Assembly: GCA_964291215.2 (NCBI GenBank)
Contig: OZ219790.1
Location: 1,440,001 to 1,504,000 of the forward strand
Length of the DNA: 64,000 nucleotides
Source of the DNA: Alphaproteobacteria bacterium
GTDB taxonomy: Bacteria; Pseudomonadota; Alphaproteobacteria; MPNO01; UBA830
Direction: 5' to 3'
Positions 28,383 to 39,410 of the stretch are shown here, piece after piece. A program made the position numbers and the translations under genes. Position 1 is the stretch's first letter, and every line of letters starts with the position of its first letter. The notes beneath the pieces are model-generated. The model saw nothing but the letters and a program-made list of their open reading frames with translations, was not told where the DNA came from and searched no databases.

Positions 28383-28469
28383 TGGTGCGGTCGAGAAGAC
28401 TCGAACTTCCACGGGATTTCTCCCACAGCGACCTCAACGCTGCGCGTCTACCAATTCCGCCACGACCGC
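28383..28469 (-). tRNA. tRNA-Leu(GAG)
   Basis: 87-nt cloverleaf with long variable arm, anticodon arm CAGCG-TTGAGGT-CGCTG, and CCA end. Confidence 0.97.
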
Positions 28470-28514
28470 ACCGTGCTGCAGATCTCCCGAACGCTTGATT
28501 TCCAGAGAGGATTT

Positions 28515-28543
28515 ACCATATCAGATCGCCGACAGGGTTGCAA
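28515..28543 (-). promoter_or_regulatory. Putative sigma70 promoter for tRNA-Leu/mgtE
   Basis: TTGCAA-N17-TATGGT on the minus strand. Confidence 0.55.
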
Positions 28544-28556
28544 GGATGGGACCGCG

Positions 28557-29195
28557 ATGCATGACCCTTCTACCGTCGACTGGCGCATCGATGCGGGCCC
28601 GATCGACTATGATCTCGCCGTCGCTGCGATGGAGCGCGATGTCGCAGCCATCGCCGCCGGGACGGGGCGCGAGACCGTGTGGCTGCTGGAGCATGCCCCG
28701 CTCTACACGGCGGGGACCAGCGCCCGCGCCTCGGACCTGCTCGACCCCGAGCGGTTCCCCGTGTACCGGAGCGGACGCGGCGGAGAATACACCTATCACG
28801 GGCCCGGCCAGCGCATCGCCTACGTCATGCTCGACCTCAATCGCAGGGGTCGCGACCTGCGCAGTTTCGTGTGCGGCCTCGAGGAGTGGATGATCGCCAC
28901 CCTCGCCGGATTCGGCGTCGTCGGCGAGCGGCGCGCCGGGCGGGTCGGCATATGGGTCGCCCGTGAGGGACGCCGCGAGGACAAGATCGCGGCCATCGGC
29001 GTGCGTGTACGCCGCTGGGTGACCTATCACGGCATCTCGCTCAACGTCGATCCCGACCTCTCCCACTATGACGGAATCGTGCCCTGCGGGGTCACCGGCC
29101 ACGGCGTCACCTCGCTCGCCGATCTCGGCGTCCGCGCGTCCCCGAAAGACATCGACGACGCGCTCCGCGCATCGTTTGCGCGGGTGTTCGCATAG
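28557..29195 (+). CDS. lipB: Lipoyl(octanoyl) transferase
   Basis: [29 protein letters not shown] and IVPCG motifs. Confidence 0.96.
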   Translation: MHDPSTVDWRIDAGPIDYDLAVAAMERDVAAIAAGTGRETVWLLEHAPLYTAGTSARASDLLDPERFPVYRSGRGGEYTYHGPGQRIAYVMLDLNRRGRDLRSFVCGLEEWMIATLAGFGVVGERRAGRVGIWVAREGRREDKIAAIGVRVRRWVTYHGISLNVDPDLSHYDGIVPCGVTGHGVTSLADLGVRASPKDIDDALRASFARVFA

Positions 29196-29202
29196 CCGCC
29201 GA

Positions 29203-29478
29203 TCAGGCCGTCGGCAGGATGGAGAATCCGTCTTCGTCGGCTGCCTCCGCACCCGCGACCCGGATCTCATCGACACGGGCCGCGGGCGGCCCCGAGCGGC
29301 AGGCATTGAAGACAGCGTCGACTGCCGCCTCTGATCCGGAGAGAACCGCTTCAACGCTCCCGTCCCGGCGGTTTCGCACCCACCCCCGGACATCGTGCCG
29401 CCGCGCCGTTTCGCAAAGCCAGGCGCGATACCAGACGTTCTGCACGCGGCCCGCGACGAAGACGTGAACGGTTTTCAC
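29203..29478 (-). CDS. acyP: Acylphosphatase
   Basis: GRVQNVWYR, GWVRNRRDGSVE and GPPAARV motifs. Confidence 0.9.
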   Translation of the reverse strand: MKTVHVFVAGRVQNVWYRAWLCETARRHDVRGWVRNRRDGSVEAVLSGSEAAVDAVFNACRSGPPAARVDEIRVAGAEAADEDGFSILPTA

Positions 29479-30176
29479 CGGCCGTCTTCCGCCAGCGCCA
29501 GAAACGCAGCCGCAGCCTCAAGGTCGGCACGGAGCCTGGCGCCGCGTTCTTCGGCCTCCCCGTCCCTGCCCCAAGTCTCAAGTTGCCGGTTCTCGTCGAG
29601 CCGGCAGGCCTCCCACGCCTCGGCCGCACCGATCCGGCGTCCGGCAAGGGCGAGAGCAAGCACAACCGAGCCGCAGATCCCGGTCGCCGCGTGCACCGCG
29701 GTGAGCGGGAAGTCCCCGTGAGCGGCGGCAAGCTCGCGAATCCGCGCCAGCGAGCCGGGAGGTTGCGGCACCGGCAGGATGCCGTCGGTGACGTTGAGCG
29801 CCACGCCGTGCCGTTCCTGCATCCAAACGACAAGCGGATCCCACGCCGCGCACTGGGCGCGGCGGAGATCCTCGGGCCTGTCGGCGCGGTAACAGACGAG
29901 ATCCGTCTCACCGTAGCGCTGAATCTCTGTCAGCACGGCCTCGCGGTTGCCGGCGACCCGGTCGATGGTGGTGTTGGCGAGGCGGGTGAGGCGCATTGCC
30001 GAGAGATCGATGTCCGTGCCCTGCTCCGACCATTCCCGCGCCACCGCCTCGGCGAGTGCGCAGCTCGGCAGGACGAGCGCCCGCTCGCGCGGCGTCCGCG
30101 CCGGGCGGCCGTCGAGACGGATCGCGGTCCCGCCGCCACAAGGCGCCGCGTCGACTGTCGCGTATTGCCGCTTCAT
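29475..30176 (-). CDS. ATP12-family chaperone
   Basis: LDGRPARTP, MRLTRLANT, TDLVCYRA and DE..Q...WG motifs. Confidence 0.9.
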   Translation of the reverse strand: MKRQYATVDAAPCGGGTAIRLDGRPARTPRERALVLPSCALAEAVAREWSEQGTDIDLSAMRLTRLANTTIDRVAGNREAVLTEIQRYGETDLVCYRADRPEDLRRAQCAAWDPLVVWMQERHGVALNVTDGILPVPQPPGSLARIRELAAAHGDFPLTAVHAATGICGSVVLALALAGRRIGAAEAWEACRLDENRQLETWGRDGEAEERGARLRADLEAAAAFLALAEDGR

Positions 30177-30862
30177 TGCCGCCGCGCCGTCCCGGCGAGG
30201 GCCGCGACGAGGCCCGGCAGATCCTCAAGTCGGCGGGCGACATGGTGGGCGCCGGAGGCGCGCAGTTTGCTCGCGTCATGGACGCCCCAGACAACCCCGA
30301 CGGCGCCGGTGCCGGCATTGCGCGCGGTCTCGACGTCATAGGTCGTGTCGCCGATCATGACGGTGTCGCGAGCATCGGCTCCGGCCTCACGCATCGCCTG
30401 GAGAAGCAGGAACGGATCCGGTTTTCCCGGGCCGCAATCGGCGGTCTGCACGGACAGGAACCGGTTCTCGAGCCCGGCATGCGCAATCAACTCGTCGATG
30501 CGGCGGCCCGACCGGCTGGTCACCAGCGCAAGGCCGTAGCCGCCGGCCACCAGCCGGTCGAGAAGGTCGTCGACCCCGGAGAACAGGCGCTCGGGCGGCC
30601 GTGCCGGCCGCGGCCGTTGGCCGCTGCTGACCTCGGCCTGATACGCCTTGATCATCTCGACCTCACGGGCGCCGCCACCGGGTATGAGCATCTCCACGCC
30701 ACGCTCCCATGGCAAGCCGATGATCTGCCTGATCGCCTCCGGACGGGCTTGCGGAAAGCCGAGCGCCTCCCAGCACGCCGTGACGCCAGCGACGATCGAC
30801 GGAATGCTGTCGAGGAGCGTACCGTCGAGGTCGAAGGCGATGAGTTTCCGCCGGCCGGTCAC
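30173..30862 (-). CDS. HAD-family hydrolase (phosphoglycolate phosphatase-like)
   Basis: FDLDGTL, KPDP and MIGDT motifs. Confidence 0.9.
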   Translation of the reverse strand: MTGRRKLIAFDLDGTLLDSIPSIVAGVTACWEALGFPQARPEAIRQIIGLPWERGVEMLIPGGGAREVEMIKAYQAEVSSGQRPRPARPPERLFSGVDDLLDRLVAGGYGLALVTSRSGRRIDELIAHAGLENRFLSVQTADCGPGKPDPFLLLQAMREAGADARDTVMIGDTTYDVETARNAGTGAVGVVWGVHDASKLRASGAHHVARRLEDLPGLVAALAGTARRQ

Positions 30863-31824
30863 GAGCGTTCCACGTTCGGGTCGAAACCAAGGAATCTCCA
30901 GCTCTCGGCCATCGGCGCGCAGAGCGGCGCCTCGGAGCGGAGTGTGCCGCCCGACGGGTGCGCGATCTCTATGGCGCGGGCGTGAAGATGGAGGCCGCGG
31001 CCGGCGGGAAGGTCCGCGACAGGATCCGCCGCATCGCCGTACTTCCGGTCGCCGATGATCGGCGTCCCGAGCCCGGCGCAATGCACCCGGAGCTGGTGGG
31101 TCCGGCCGGTGAGCGGGTGGAGCGCCAGCCAGGCTGCCCGGCGGCCCGCCGCCTCGACCACCCGGTACCTGGTGACCGCCTGCCGGCCGGCGGCGCCGGC
31201 CACGACCCGTTCGCGCCCGTCCCCGCCCACGCTCTTGGCAAGCGCGCTGTCGACCACGCCGGCGCGCCGACGCGGCACTCCGGCGACCAGCGCCCAGTAG
31301 GTCTTGTGAACGTCGCGTCGGCGGAACGCTGCCGCCAGCGCCGCCGCCGCCGCCGCATGGCGGGCGACCACGAGCACGCCGCCGGTATCGCGGTCGAGGC
31401 GGTGGACCAGGCGCGGGGCTCCACCGCCATCGTCGACGAGCGCACCGAGCATGCCGTCGATATGGGTAGCGACGCCGCTTCCGCCCTGGACAGCAATACC
31501 GGGCGGCTTGTTGAGCACGATGACATCGTCGTCGCTGTGAATGACCAGCGCGCGGATCCAGGCGCGGTCCGACGGCGAAACGGTGCGGCCGCGGGCTCCG
31601 TCCGGCTGCGCCGCGGCGGCGTCGAGCGGCGGCACCCTGACGGTCTGACCCGGGGACAGGCGTGTGCCGGAGCGCACCCGGCGGCCGTCGACGCGGATCT
31701 GGCCGGTACGCAGGAGCTTCTCGAGACGTCCGTGGGTCAGCCCCGGATAGTTGCGGCCGAACCAGCGGTCGAGGCGGATATCGGCCTCGCCCGGCCCGAC
31801 GCTGTGAAAGGCAACGCGGGCCAT
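30859..31824 (-). CDS. rluC: RluA/RluC-family pseudouridine synthase
   Basis: S4 domain RLDRWF, VHRLDRDTGG and TGRTHQLRVH. Confidence 0.85.
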   Translation of the reverse strand: MARVAFHSVGPGEADIRLDRWFGRNYPGLTHGRLEKLLRTGQIRVDGRRVRSGTRLSPGQTVRVPPLDAAAAQPDGARGRTVSPSDRAWIRALVIHSDDDVIVLNKPPGIAVQGGSGVATHIDGMLGALVDDGGGAPRLVHRLDRDTGGVLVVARHAAAAAALAAAFRRRDVHKTYWALVAGVPRRRAGVVDSALAKSVGGDGRERVVAGAAGRQAVTRYRVVEAAGRRAAWLALHPLTGRTHQLRVHCAGLGTPIIGDRKYGDAADPVADLPAGRGLHLHARAIEIAHPSGGTLRSEAPLCAPMAESWRFLGFDPNVERS

Positions 31825-31825
31825 G

Positions 31826-32203
31826 TCAGGCAACCAGGTGCGCGAGGCGCAGCCCGGCAAACAGGCCGCCGACCGCCACCACCACCGTCGAGGCGAGATA
31901 GAGCGCGGCGAGGTCGGCGCGGCCGCGCTCGAGGAGCAGCACCAGTTCAAGCGAGAACGCGGAAAAGGTCGTGAACCCGCCAAGCACGCCGACGGTGAGG
32001 AACAGCCGCATTTCGGGCGACGGCGTCCAGGCGAACGCCATGAAGCCGGCGAGGAGCCCGAGGAGGACGGATCCCGCGGAATTGACGGCAAACGTCGCCC
32101 ACGGATAGGCGCCGCCCCAGAAATGGCCAATGACCGCGCCCGCGAGATAGCGCCCGCTTGCGCCGAGCGCGCCGCCGAGCGCGACCATGAGAACAGCGTT
32201 CAT
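31826..32203 (-). CDS. crcB: Fluoride efflux channel
   Basis: GGALGA..RY and GVLGGFTTFSAF motifs. Confidence 0.95.
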   Translation of the reverse strand: MNAVLMVALGGALGASGRYLAGAVIGHFWGGAYPWATFAVNSAGSVLLGLLAGFMAFAWTPSPEMRLFLTVGVLGGFTTFSAFSLELVLLLERGRADLAALYLASTVVVAVGGLFAGLRLAHLVA

Positions 32204-33513
32204 GTTCCGCCCTCCGCGTTCTGCCGGCGGCGGAGTTCCCGCCAGCGCCCGAGGCGCTCCGCCACATCGCTCTCGTAGCCGCGGTCGGTCGGGCGATAGA
32301 ACGTGCGCGGCGGAACCGAATCGGGAAAATAGTTCTGGCCCGAAAACGCTCCCCTAGCGTCGTGGTCGTAGTTATAGCCGCTGCCGTAGCCGAGGTCCTT
32401 CATCAACCGCGTCGGAGCGTTGAGGATGTGCTTCGGCGGCGCTTCCGATCCGCTCTCGGCGGCTGCCGCCATGGCCTGACCGAAGGCACGGTAGACGGCA
32501 TTGGACTTGGGCGCCGTGCCGAGATAGACGACGCACTGGGCGAGCGCGAGTTCGCCCTCGGGCGAGCCGAGCCGCTCATACGCCTCCCAGGCCGAGACTG
32601 CCTGGGCAAGCGCCGCGGGATCGGCTAGGCCGACATCCTCGGACGCGAACCTGGTCAGGCGTCGGGCGATGTAGCGCGGATCCTCGCCGCCCGAAAGCAT
32701 GCGCGCGAGCCAGTAGAGCGCAGCATCGGGATCGGAGCCGCGAAGCGACTTGTGAAGGGCACTGATCAGGTTGTAGTGGGACTCCTGAGCCTTGTCGTAG
32801 AGCGGCACCCGCTTCTGCACGAGTTCAGCGAGCCGGGCCGGATCAACCGCATCGCCAGCGTCGAGGAGCGCCAGCTCCTCGACCATGTTGAGAAGGTAGC
32901 GCCCATCGCCGTCGGCCATCGCGCGCAACGCTTCGCGGGCGCCGCCGGCCAACGGAAGACGGCAGCCGAGTTCGCGCTCGGCGCGCGCGAGCATCTCCTC
33001 GAGTGCCGCATCGTCAAGCCGGTGGAGGACAAGTACCTGACAACGCGACAGGAGCGCGCCGTTGAGCTCGAAGGACGGATTCTCGGTAGTGGCACCGACG
33101 AGGGTCACGGTGCCCTCCTCGACATAGGGCAGGAAGCCGTCCTGCTGGGCGCGGTTGAAGCGGTGGATCTCGTCGACGAACAGCAGCGTCCCCTGGCCGC
33201 CGCCGCGGCGGCTGTGCGCAGCCTCGAATATCCGGCGAAGGTCGGCAACACCGGAGAACACCGCGGAAAGCGGCTCGAAATGCATGTCGCTGACGTCGGC
33301 GAGAAGCCGCGCGATCGTGGTCTTGCCCGAGCCCGGCGGCCCCCACAGTACCGTCGAGACGACGCGGCGTGCCGCCGCCATGCGTCCGATCGGACCGTCG
33401 GCCGACAGCAGGTGGTCCTGGCCGAGCACATCGGCGAGGCGTGCCGGCCGCAGGCGATCGGCAAGGGGCCGCGGCGCCTGACTCTCGAAGAAGGTTGGCT
33501 CGTCGCCGGTCAA
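32200..33513 (-). CDS. rarA: Replication-associated recombination protein A
   Basis: PLADRLRP, WGPPGSGKTT, DEIHRFN and ISALHKSLRGSD motifs. Confidence 0.95.
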   Translation of the reverse strand: MTGDEPTFFESQAPRPLADRLRPARLADVLGQDHLLSADGPIGRMAAARRVVSTVLWGPPGSGKTTIARLLADVSDMHFEPLSAVFSGVADLRRIFEAAHSRRGGGQGTLLFVDEIHRFNRAQQDGFLPYVEEGTVTLVGATTENPSFELNGALLSRCQVLVLHRLDDAALEEMLARAERELGCRLPLAGGAREALRAMADGDGRYLLNMVEELALLDAGDAVDPARLAELVQKRVPLYDKAQESHYNLISALHKSLRGSDPDAALYWLARMLSGGEDPRYIARRLTRFASEDVGLADPAALAQAVSAWEAYERLGSPEGELALAQCVVYLGTAPKSNAVYRAFGQAMAAAAESGSEAPPKHILNAPTRLMKDLGYGSGYNYDHDARGAFSGQNYFPDSVPPRTFYRPTDRGYESDVAERLGRWRELRRRQNAEGGT

Positions 33514-33517
33514 GGAT

Positions 33518-34954
33518 TCAACCCGGTATCATGACGCTGAGCCGCCGGGCGCCGCGCTCGATCTCGATCCGCCACTGTCCGGCGGGACGTTCCAGGATGC
33601 GAGCGAGATCGCGCACACGGGCGATCCGGCGGCCGTTGACGCCGATCACGATGTCGCGGCGCTCGAAGCCGACGCGGGCCGCCGGCGAGCCGTCGGCGAC
33701 GCCGAGCAAGATGACGCCCGCGCGGGCGGTGTCGAGCGACAGCTCCTCGGCCAGCGCGGGCGAGAGATTCGCGACCTCGGCGCCGGCGAACGGGTTCCGG
33801 CCCCCGAGGAGGGTCACGTTGCGCGGCGGCGCTTCAACCGGCGGCACCAGCGACACGTGAAGCGTCCTGCGCTGTCCCCGGCGCAGGATCTCGAGGCGGG
33901 CGGTGCCTCCGGTCCCGAGCGTCGCGATGCGGAACTTGAGCGCGTTCGCATCGGCGATTTCCCTGCCGTTCACCGACAGCACGACATCGCCCACGCGAAG
34001 GCCGGCGCGCTGTGCGGGGCCACCCTCATGGAGCCGGTTGATCAGCACGCCGACGGCGCGCGAACGCCCCAGCCCCTTTGCGAGCTCGCGGTCGACGCTC
34101 TGGCCGCCGGCGCCGAGCCACGGCCGCACGACCTTGCCGCCCGCAACCGCGGCCCGGATCACCGTCGCCACCATGTTGGACGGGATCGCGAAGCCAATGC
34201 CGTTGGAACCGCCGGCGCGCGAGTAGATCGCCGTGTTGATGCCGGCGAGCCGGCCGTCTCCGGAGATCAGTGCGCCCCCTGAATTGCCGGGGTTGATCGC
34301 CGCGTCGGTCTGGATGAAGAAGCTGAAGTCCGACACGCCGTCGGCGGGACGCGCGAGCGCCGAGACGATACCGCTTGTGACCGTCTGGCCAACGCCGAAG
34401 GGATTGCCGATCGCAAGCACGATGTCGCCGACCTCGAGAGTGTCGGAATCGCGGAGCTCGAGATGGGGCAGCTGCTTGCCGGCGGCGGCGCGCAGCACGG
34501 CGAGGTCGGTACGGCTGTCGCGCACCACGACCTCGGCGCGGAATTCCCGGCGGTCGGCGAGCACGACGCGGATTTCGTCGGCATTCTCGATGACGTGGTC
34601 ATTGGTGACGACCAGCCCGTCGGGGCGGACGATGACGCCCGAGCCGAGGGAATTATGGACGCGTTCGCGGGGCGCGTCGCCGAACGGGTGGACGCCGCCG
34701 AAGAAACGGCGGAAGAACGGGTCGTCGAAAAGTGATCCACCGCGCCGCGCACGGACGCGGCGGGTGGTGTAGATGTTGACGACGGCGGGAGCGGCAGCCT
34801 TGGCGAGCGGCGCGAACGACAGGCCGATTTCGGCGCGCGAGGCGGGCACGCGGGCATCGGTAGCGCCTCCGACCGTGAGCAGGGCCGCACAAAGAAGGTG
34901 CGCCGCGCAGCTGGCGCCGCGGCGCCACGGCCGGTCCCTGCGGAACGTGCCCAT
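33518..34954 (-). CDS. DegP/DegQ (HtrA) serine protease with two PDZ domains
   Basis: SLGSGVI, TNDHV and AINPGNSGG motifs. Confidence 0.93.
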   Translation of the reverse strand: MGTFRRDRPWRRGASCAAHLLCAALLTVGGATDARVPASRAEIGLSFAPLAKAAAPAVVNIYTTRRVRARRGGSLFDDPFFRRFFGGVHPFGDAPRERVHNSLGSGVIVRPDGLVVTNDHVIENADEIRVVLADRREFRAEVVVRDSRTDLAVLRAAAGKQLPHLELRDSDTLEVGDIVLAIGNPFGVGQTVTSGIVSALARPADGVSDFSFFIQTDAAINPGNSGGALISGDGRLAGINTAIYSRAGGSNGIGFAIPSNMVATVIRAAVAGGKVVRPWLGAGGQSVDRELAKGLGRSRAVGVLINRLHEGGPAQRAGLRVGDVVLSVNGREIADANALKFRIATLGTGGTARLEILRRGQRRTLHVSLVPPVEAPPRNVTLLGGRNPFAGAEVANLSPALAEELSLDTARAGVILLGVADGSPAARVGFERRDIVIGVNGRRIARVRDLARILERPAGQWRIEIERGARRLSVMIPG

Positions 34955-34977
34955 GCCTCCTCCGGCACCCGGCTAGA

Positions 34978-35409
34978 TCATGCGGCGGCGTCTTCCCTAG
35001 CGGGCCCGCTGCGCTCGACCGGACCCGAATCCAGGCCCTTTGCGTCCTCGTCGCGATCGACGAGTTCGATGATCGCCATCGGCGCGTTGTCTCCGTACCT
35101 GTAGCCTGCCCGAAGCACCCGGGTATAGCCGCCGGGCCGGTCGCTATAGCGCGGAGCGAGGACGCTGAACAGCTTGTCCGCGAGCTTGCGGTCGCCGTGC
35201 AACCGGGCCACGGCAAGGCGCCGCGCATGCAGGTCGCCGCGCTTGCCCAGCGTGATCAGCCTGTCGACCACGGAGCGCAGTTCCTTTGCCTTGGGCAAGG
35301 TGGTCCTGATCTGCTCGTGCTTGATAAGTGCTGCGGCCATATTGCCGAACATCGCTTTGCGATGGGCGCTGGTACGGTTCAGCTTGCGGCCGCTCATCCG
35401 GTGGCGCAT
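34978..35409 (-). CDS. rplQ: 50S ribosomal protein L17
   Basis: [20 protein letters not shown]. Confidence 0.98.
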   Translation of the reverse strand: MRHRMSGRKLNRTSAHRKAMFGNMAAALIKHEQIRTTLPKAKELRSVVDRLITLGKRGDLHARRLAVARLHGDRKLADKLFSVLAPRYSDRPGGYTRVLRAGYRYGDNAPMAIIELVDRDEDAKGLDSGPVERSGPAREDAAA

Positions 35410-35439
35410 TGTCCGCTCCCTCTCTCCGCCTGTCCCTCT

Positions 35440-36453
35440 TCAGAAGGTCTCGTCGAGACTGCCGCCAATCTCCTCGGGCGGCCAGTCGCCACAATCCATG
35501 CCGAGCTCGAGGCCCATGCCGGCAAGCACCTCCTTGATCTCGTTGAGCGACTTCCGTCCGAAGTTCGGGGTCCGCATCATGTCGTGCTCGGTCTTCCTCA
35601 CCAGGTCGCCGATATAGACGATATTGTCGTTCTTGAGACAATTGGCCGAGCGCACCGACAATTCAAGCTCGTCAACCTTGCGCATGAGATGGCGGTTGAA
35701 GCGGGGCTCGACGGTCTCGGCAATCTCCGGGTCGACCTTCGGCTCCTCGAAGTTGATGAACGTCTTGAGCTGGTCCTGAAGGATCAGCGCCGCCTGGGCG
35801 ACAGCATCCTCGGGCGAGATGATGCCGTCGGTCTCAATGTCCATGATCAGCTTGTCGTAGTCGGTGCGCTGGCCGACGCGGGCGTTTTCGACCTTGTAGG
35901 CGACCCGGCGCACCGGGCTGAAAATCGCGTCCACGGGCACGAGTCCGATCGGCCAGTCCTCCTCCCGGCTCTCGGCCGCCGGCACGTAGCCCTTGCCGGT
36001 CTCGACGGTGAGTTCCATCGAGATCTTGGCACCGCGATCAAGCGTACAGATAACCGTGTCGGGATCGACGATCCTGATGTCGTGGCTGGTCTCGATCATG
36101 CCGGCAGTGATTTCGCCGGGTCCGTCGGCCCGCAGCGCGATGCGCTTCCTGTCATCGCCGATCTTGCTCAGCGCCAGCGACTTGATGTTGAGGATTATGT
36201 CGGTCACGTCCTCGCGCACCCCCGGGATGGACGAGAATTCATGCAGCACCCCGTCGATCTCGACGGCGGTGACCGCAGCGCCCTGCAGCGACGACAGCAG
36301 CACGCGCCGCAGCGCGTTGCCGAGCGTCATGCCGAAACCGCGCTCAAGCGGCTCCGCAGTCACCGTCGCGAAGCGCATCGGATCGTCGCCGCCCTGTATG
36401 TTGAGACCGGCAGGCTTGATAAGTTCCTGCACATCCTTGCTGATCACCGTCAT
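35440..36453 (-). CDS. rpoA: RNA polymerase alpha subunit
   Basis: [23 protein letters not shown]; [11 protein letters not shown]. Confidence 0.98.
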   Translation of the reverse strand: MTVISKDVQELIKPAGLNIQGGDDPMRFATVTAEPLERGFGMTLGNALRRVLLSSLQGAAVTAVEIDGVLHEFSSIPGVREDVTDIILNIKSLALSKIGDDRKRIALRADGPGEITAGMIETSHDIRIVDPDTVICTLDRGAKISMELTVETGKGYVPAAESREEDWPIGLVPVDAIFSPVRRVAYKVENARVGQRTDYDKLIMDIETDGIISPEDAVAQAALILQDQLKTFINFEEPKVDPEIAETVEPRFNRHLMRKVDELELSVRSANCLKNDNIVYIGDLVRKTEHDMMRTPNFGRKSLNEIKEVLAGMGLELGMDCGDWPPEEIGGSLDETF

Positions 36454-36529
36454 ACAATCATCCTTTCGCGATGGAGTCCGCGAGTTGTCCCCGGGTTCTG
36501 ACCGATGCGCCGCAGGCGGCGCGGCTGCC

Positions 36530-36922
36530 TCAGATGCGGCGGCGCTTCCTCGGCCGGCAGCCATTGTGCGGAATGGGCGTCACGTCGCGGATGGCCGTGA
36601 TCGTGAAGCCGATGGCCTGAAGCGCCCTGAGCGCGGACTCGCGGCCCGAACCCGGGCCCTTGACCTCGACCTCAAGGGTCTTCATGCCGTGTTCCTGGGC
36701 CTTGCGGCCCGCCTCCTCACCGGCCATCTGCGCAGCATAGGGCGTCGATTTGCGCGAGCCCTTGAAGCCCTGCGAGCCTGCCGACGACCACGCGATCACG
36801 TTGCCCTGGACATCGGCAATCGTGATCATGGTGTTGTTGAAGGTCGCGTTCACATGCGCGACGCCGGCGGTGATGTTCTTGCGCTCGCGTCTGCGGACGC
36901 GGCCCTGTGTCTGTCTCGCCAT
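36530..36922 (-). CDS. rpsK: 30S ribosomal protein S11
   Basis: [15 protein letters not shown] and [10 protein letters not shown] motifs. Confidence 0.98.
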   Translation of the reverse strand: MARQTQGRVRRRERKNITAGVAHVNATFNNTMITIADVQGNVIAWSSAGSQGFKGSRKSTPYAAQMAGEEAGRKAQEHGMKTLEVEVKGPGSGRESALRALQAIGFTITAIRDVTPIPHNGCRPRKRRRI

Positions 36923-36943
36923 CGTGCTCTCCGTAGCCCGCGA

Positions 36944-37306
36944 TCATCTCTTGCCGGCGATCGGCCGCGCGCGCCCCTTGCGGGTGCGCGCGTTGGTATG
37001 GGTGCGCTGGCCCCTGACCGGCAGGCCGCGGCGGTGGCGGAGACCGCGGTAGCAGCCGAGATCCATGAGGCGCTTGATGTTCATCGCCATCTCGCGGCGC
37101 AGGTCGCCCTCGACGACCCATTCGCGATCGATGACCTCGCGGATGCGCGCGAGCTCGTCGTCGCCGAGGTCGTTGGCCCGGACATTGCCCGGAACGTTGG
37201 CGCGGTCGCAAATGGTGACCGCCGTCGACCGGCCTATGCCGTAAATGTAGGTCAGCGCAATTTCCACCGGCTTGTTGGGCAGGTTAACGCCCGATATGCG
37301 TGCCAC
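36944..37306 (-). CDS. rpsM: 30S ribosomal protein S13
   Basis: GTG start ARISGV; [19 protein letters not shown]. Confidence 0.97.
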   Translation of the reverse strand: MARISGVNLPNKPVEIALTYIYGIGRSTAVTICDRANVPGNVRANDLGDDELARIREVIDREWVVEGDLRREMAMNIKRLMDLGCYRGLRHRRGLPVRGQRTHTNARTRKGRARPIAGKR

Positions 37307-37384
37307 GACGCTATCTCCCGAGTTTCTGGGTTCCGATCTGAAGAAGGGACTGGTCTGCGGACCGCCTCGCGCCGCGCCCGTGCG

Positions 37385-37414
37385 AGTATAGCATGGCTGC
37401 CGCAGCTGCGTCAA
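37385..37414 (-). promoter_or_regulatory. Putative alpha-operon (rpsM) promoter
   Basis: TTGACG-N18-TATACT with TG extended -10; the -35 overlaps the adk stop. Confidence 0.65.
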
Positions 37415-38067
37415 ACATCACCGGCCTCCACGATGGCAGCGATCTGGCGCTTCACCTCGTCGATCGACGCCATGCCGTCGACCGTCGCGAGAGCGCCGCG
37501 CGCGCGATAGTAGGGCAGCAGAGGCGCCGTCTGGTCATGATAGGCGGCGAGCCGGGTCTTCACGGTCTCCGCATTGTCATCCTTGCGGCGCGAGAACTCG
37601 ATGCTGCCGCAGCTGTCGCACACGCCCTCGGTGCGCGGCCGGCGGTGACGATCGTGATAGCCGGCGCCACAGGCGGCACAGCTGAAACGCCCGGAGATGC
37701 GGTCGACAAGCGCGTCGTCGTCGACCCGCATCTCGATCACGCGGTCGAGACAGCGGCCCTCCTGTGCGAGCATGCTGTCAAGTCCCTCGGCCTGCGCGAC
37801 AGTGCGCGGAAAGCCGTCGAGGATGAAGCCGCGCGCGCAATCTGAGCGGCCGATGCGTTCACCGATCATCGCGATCATGATGTCGTCCGAGACCAGTTCG
37901 CCGCGCTCCATGACCGCCTTGGCGCGGCACCCGATCTCGCTGCCCGACGCCACCGCGCTCCGCAGCATGTCACCGGTCGAAAGCCAAGCAAGGCCGTGGC
38001 CCTCCTCGAGTTCCTTCGCCTGCGTGCCCTTGCCGGCACCCGGCGGCCCCAGGAGTATGAGGTTCAT
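37411..38067 (-). CDS. adk: Adenylate kinase (Zn-LID type)
   Basis: [14 protein letters not shown] and CAACG...CDSCG LID. Confidence 0.97.
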   Translation of the reverse strand: MNLILLGPPGAGKGTQAKELEEGHGLAWLSTGDMLRSAVASGSEIGCRAKAVMERGELVSDDIMIAMIGERIGRSDCARGFILDGFPRTVAQAEGLDSMLAQEGRCLDRVIEMRVDDDALVDRISGRFSCAACGAGYHDRHRRPRTEGVCDSCGSIEFSRRKDDNAETVKTRLAAYHDQTAPLLPYYRARGALATVDGMASIDEVKRQIAAIVEAGDV

Positions 38068-39407
38068 CGCCGCCGCCCCCTGAGCCGCGATTTGCGCACC
38101 AGCCCTTCGTACTGGTGGGCGATCAGGTGCGACTGCACCTGGGCCACGGTATCGATGGTCACCGTCACCACGATCAGGAGGCTCGTCCCCCCGAAATAGA
38201 ACGGCACCGCGTATTGCGAGATCAGGATCTCTGGCAGGATGCTGATGGCGGTCAGATAGGCGGCGCCGACCACCGTGAGCCGCGTCAGCACGTGATCGAG
38301 ATACTCGGCCGTATTGCGCCCCGGGCGGATGCCGGGGATGAACCCGCCATACTTGCGCAGGTTGTCCGCGGTTTCGGTGGGGTTGAAGACCACCGAGGTG
38401 TAGAAGAAGGCGAAGAACGCGATCAGGGCGCCGTAGATGAAGAGATACCCGGCCTGGCCGCGCCCGAGATAGGCAGTCACGGCGCCAAGCCACTCGGGTC
38501 CCGAGTTCGCGGAGAAGCTGGCTACCGTGATCGGCAGCAGCAGCAGCGAGCTTGCGAAGATCGGCGGGATAACGCCTGCGGTGTTGACCTTGAGCGGAAT
38601 GTGGCTGCTCTCGCCGCCGAACATGCGGTTGCCCTGCTGGCGCTTGGGGTACTGCACGACAACCCGGCGCTGGGCGCGCTCGACGAAAACGATGAAGGTG
38701 ACGACCACAAGCGCGAGCACCAACAGGAACAGGATGACGAGGCCGGAGAGCGCACCGGTGCGCCCGAGCTCGAGGGTGCCTGCAAGCGCCGCCGGCAGGT
38801 TGGCGACGATCCCGGCGAAGATGATCAGCGAGATGCCGTTGCCGACGCCGCGCGCGGTGATCTGCTCGCCGAGCCACATCAGAAAGATGGTGCCGCCGAC
38901 CAGCGTGATAACCGTGGTCGCGCGGAAGAACATGCCCGGGTCGATGACCGCCGAGCCCTGCTGTCCGGTCGTGCCCTCGAGCCCGACGGCGATGCCGTAG
39001 GCCTGGAGCGCAGCGAGCAGCACGGTGCCGTAGCGCGTGTACTGGTTGAGCTTCTTGCGCCCGACCTCGCCTTCCTTCTTGAGCGCTTCGAAATGCGGGT
39101 GGATCGCCTGCAGGAGCTGCATGATGATCGCCGCCGAGATGTAGGGCATGATATTCAGGGCGAAGATCGTCATGCGCCCGAACGCGCCACCGGCGAACAT
39201 GTCGAACATGCCGAGGATGCCGCCAGCCTGCTGGCGGAAGATGTCCTCAAGGATGGCGGGGTCGATTCCGGGCAGCGGAATCCAAGTGCCGAGGCGGTAG
39301 ATGATCAGCGCCCCGAGGGTGAACCAGATCCGCTTCTTGAGCTCGGTTGCCTTCGCCAGATTGGAGAAGCTGATTTGGGATGCGAGCTGTTCGGCCGCCG
39401 ATGCCAT
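38064..39407 (-). CDS. secY: Preprotein translocase SecY
   Basis: IMPYISA, WLGEQIT.RGVGNG and IPGIRPG motifs. Confidence 0.98.
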   Translation of the reverse strand: MASAAEQLASQISFSNLAKATELKKRIWFTLGALIIYRLGTWIPLPGIDPAILEDIFRQQAGGILGMFDMFAGGAFGRMTIFALNIMPYISAAIIMQLLQAIHPHFEALKKEGEVGRKKLNQYTRYGTVLLAALQAYGIAVGLEGTTGQQGSAVIDPGMFFRATTVITLVGGTIFLMWLGEQITARGVGNGISLIIFAGIVANLPAALAGTLELGRTGALSGLVILFLLVLALVVVTFIVFVERAQRRVVVQYPKRQQGNRMFGGESSHIPLKVNTAGVIPPIFASSLLLLPITVASFSANSGPEWLGAVTAYLGRGQAGYLFIYGALIAFFAFFYTSVVFNPTETADNLRKYGGFIPGIRPGRNTAEYLDHVLTRLTVVGAAYLTAISILPEILISQYAVPFYFGGTSLLIVVTVTIDTVAQVQSHLIAHQYEGLVRKSRLRGRRR

Positions 39408-39410
39408 TGC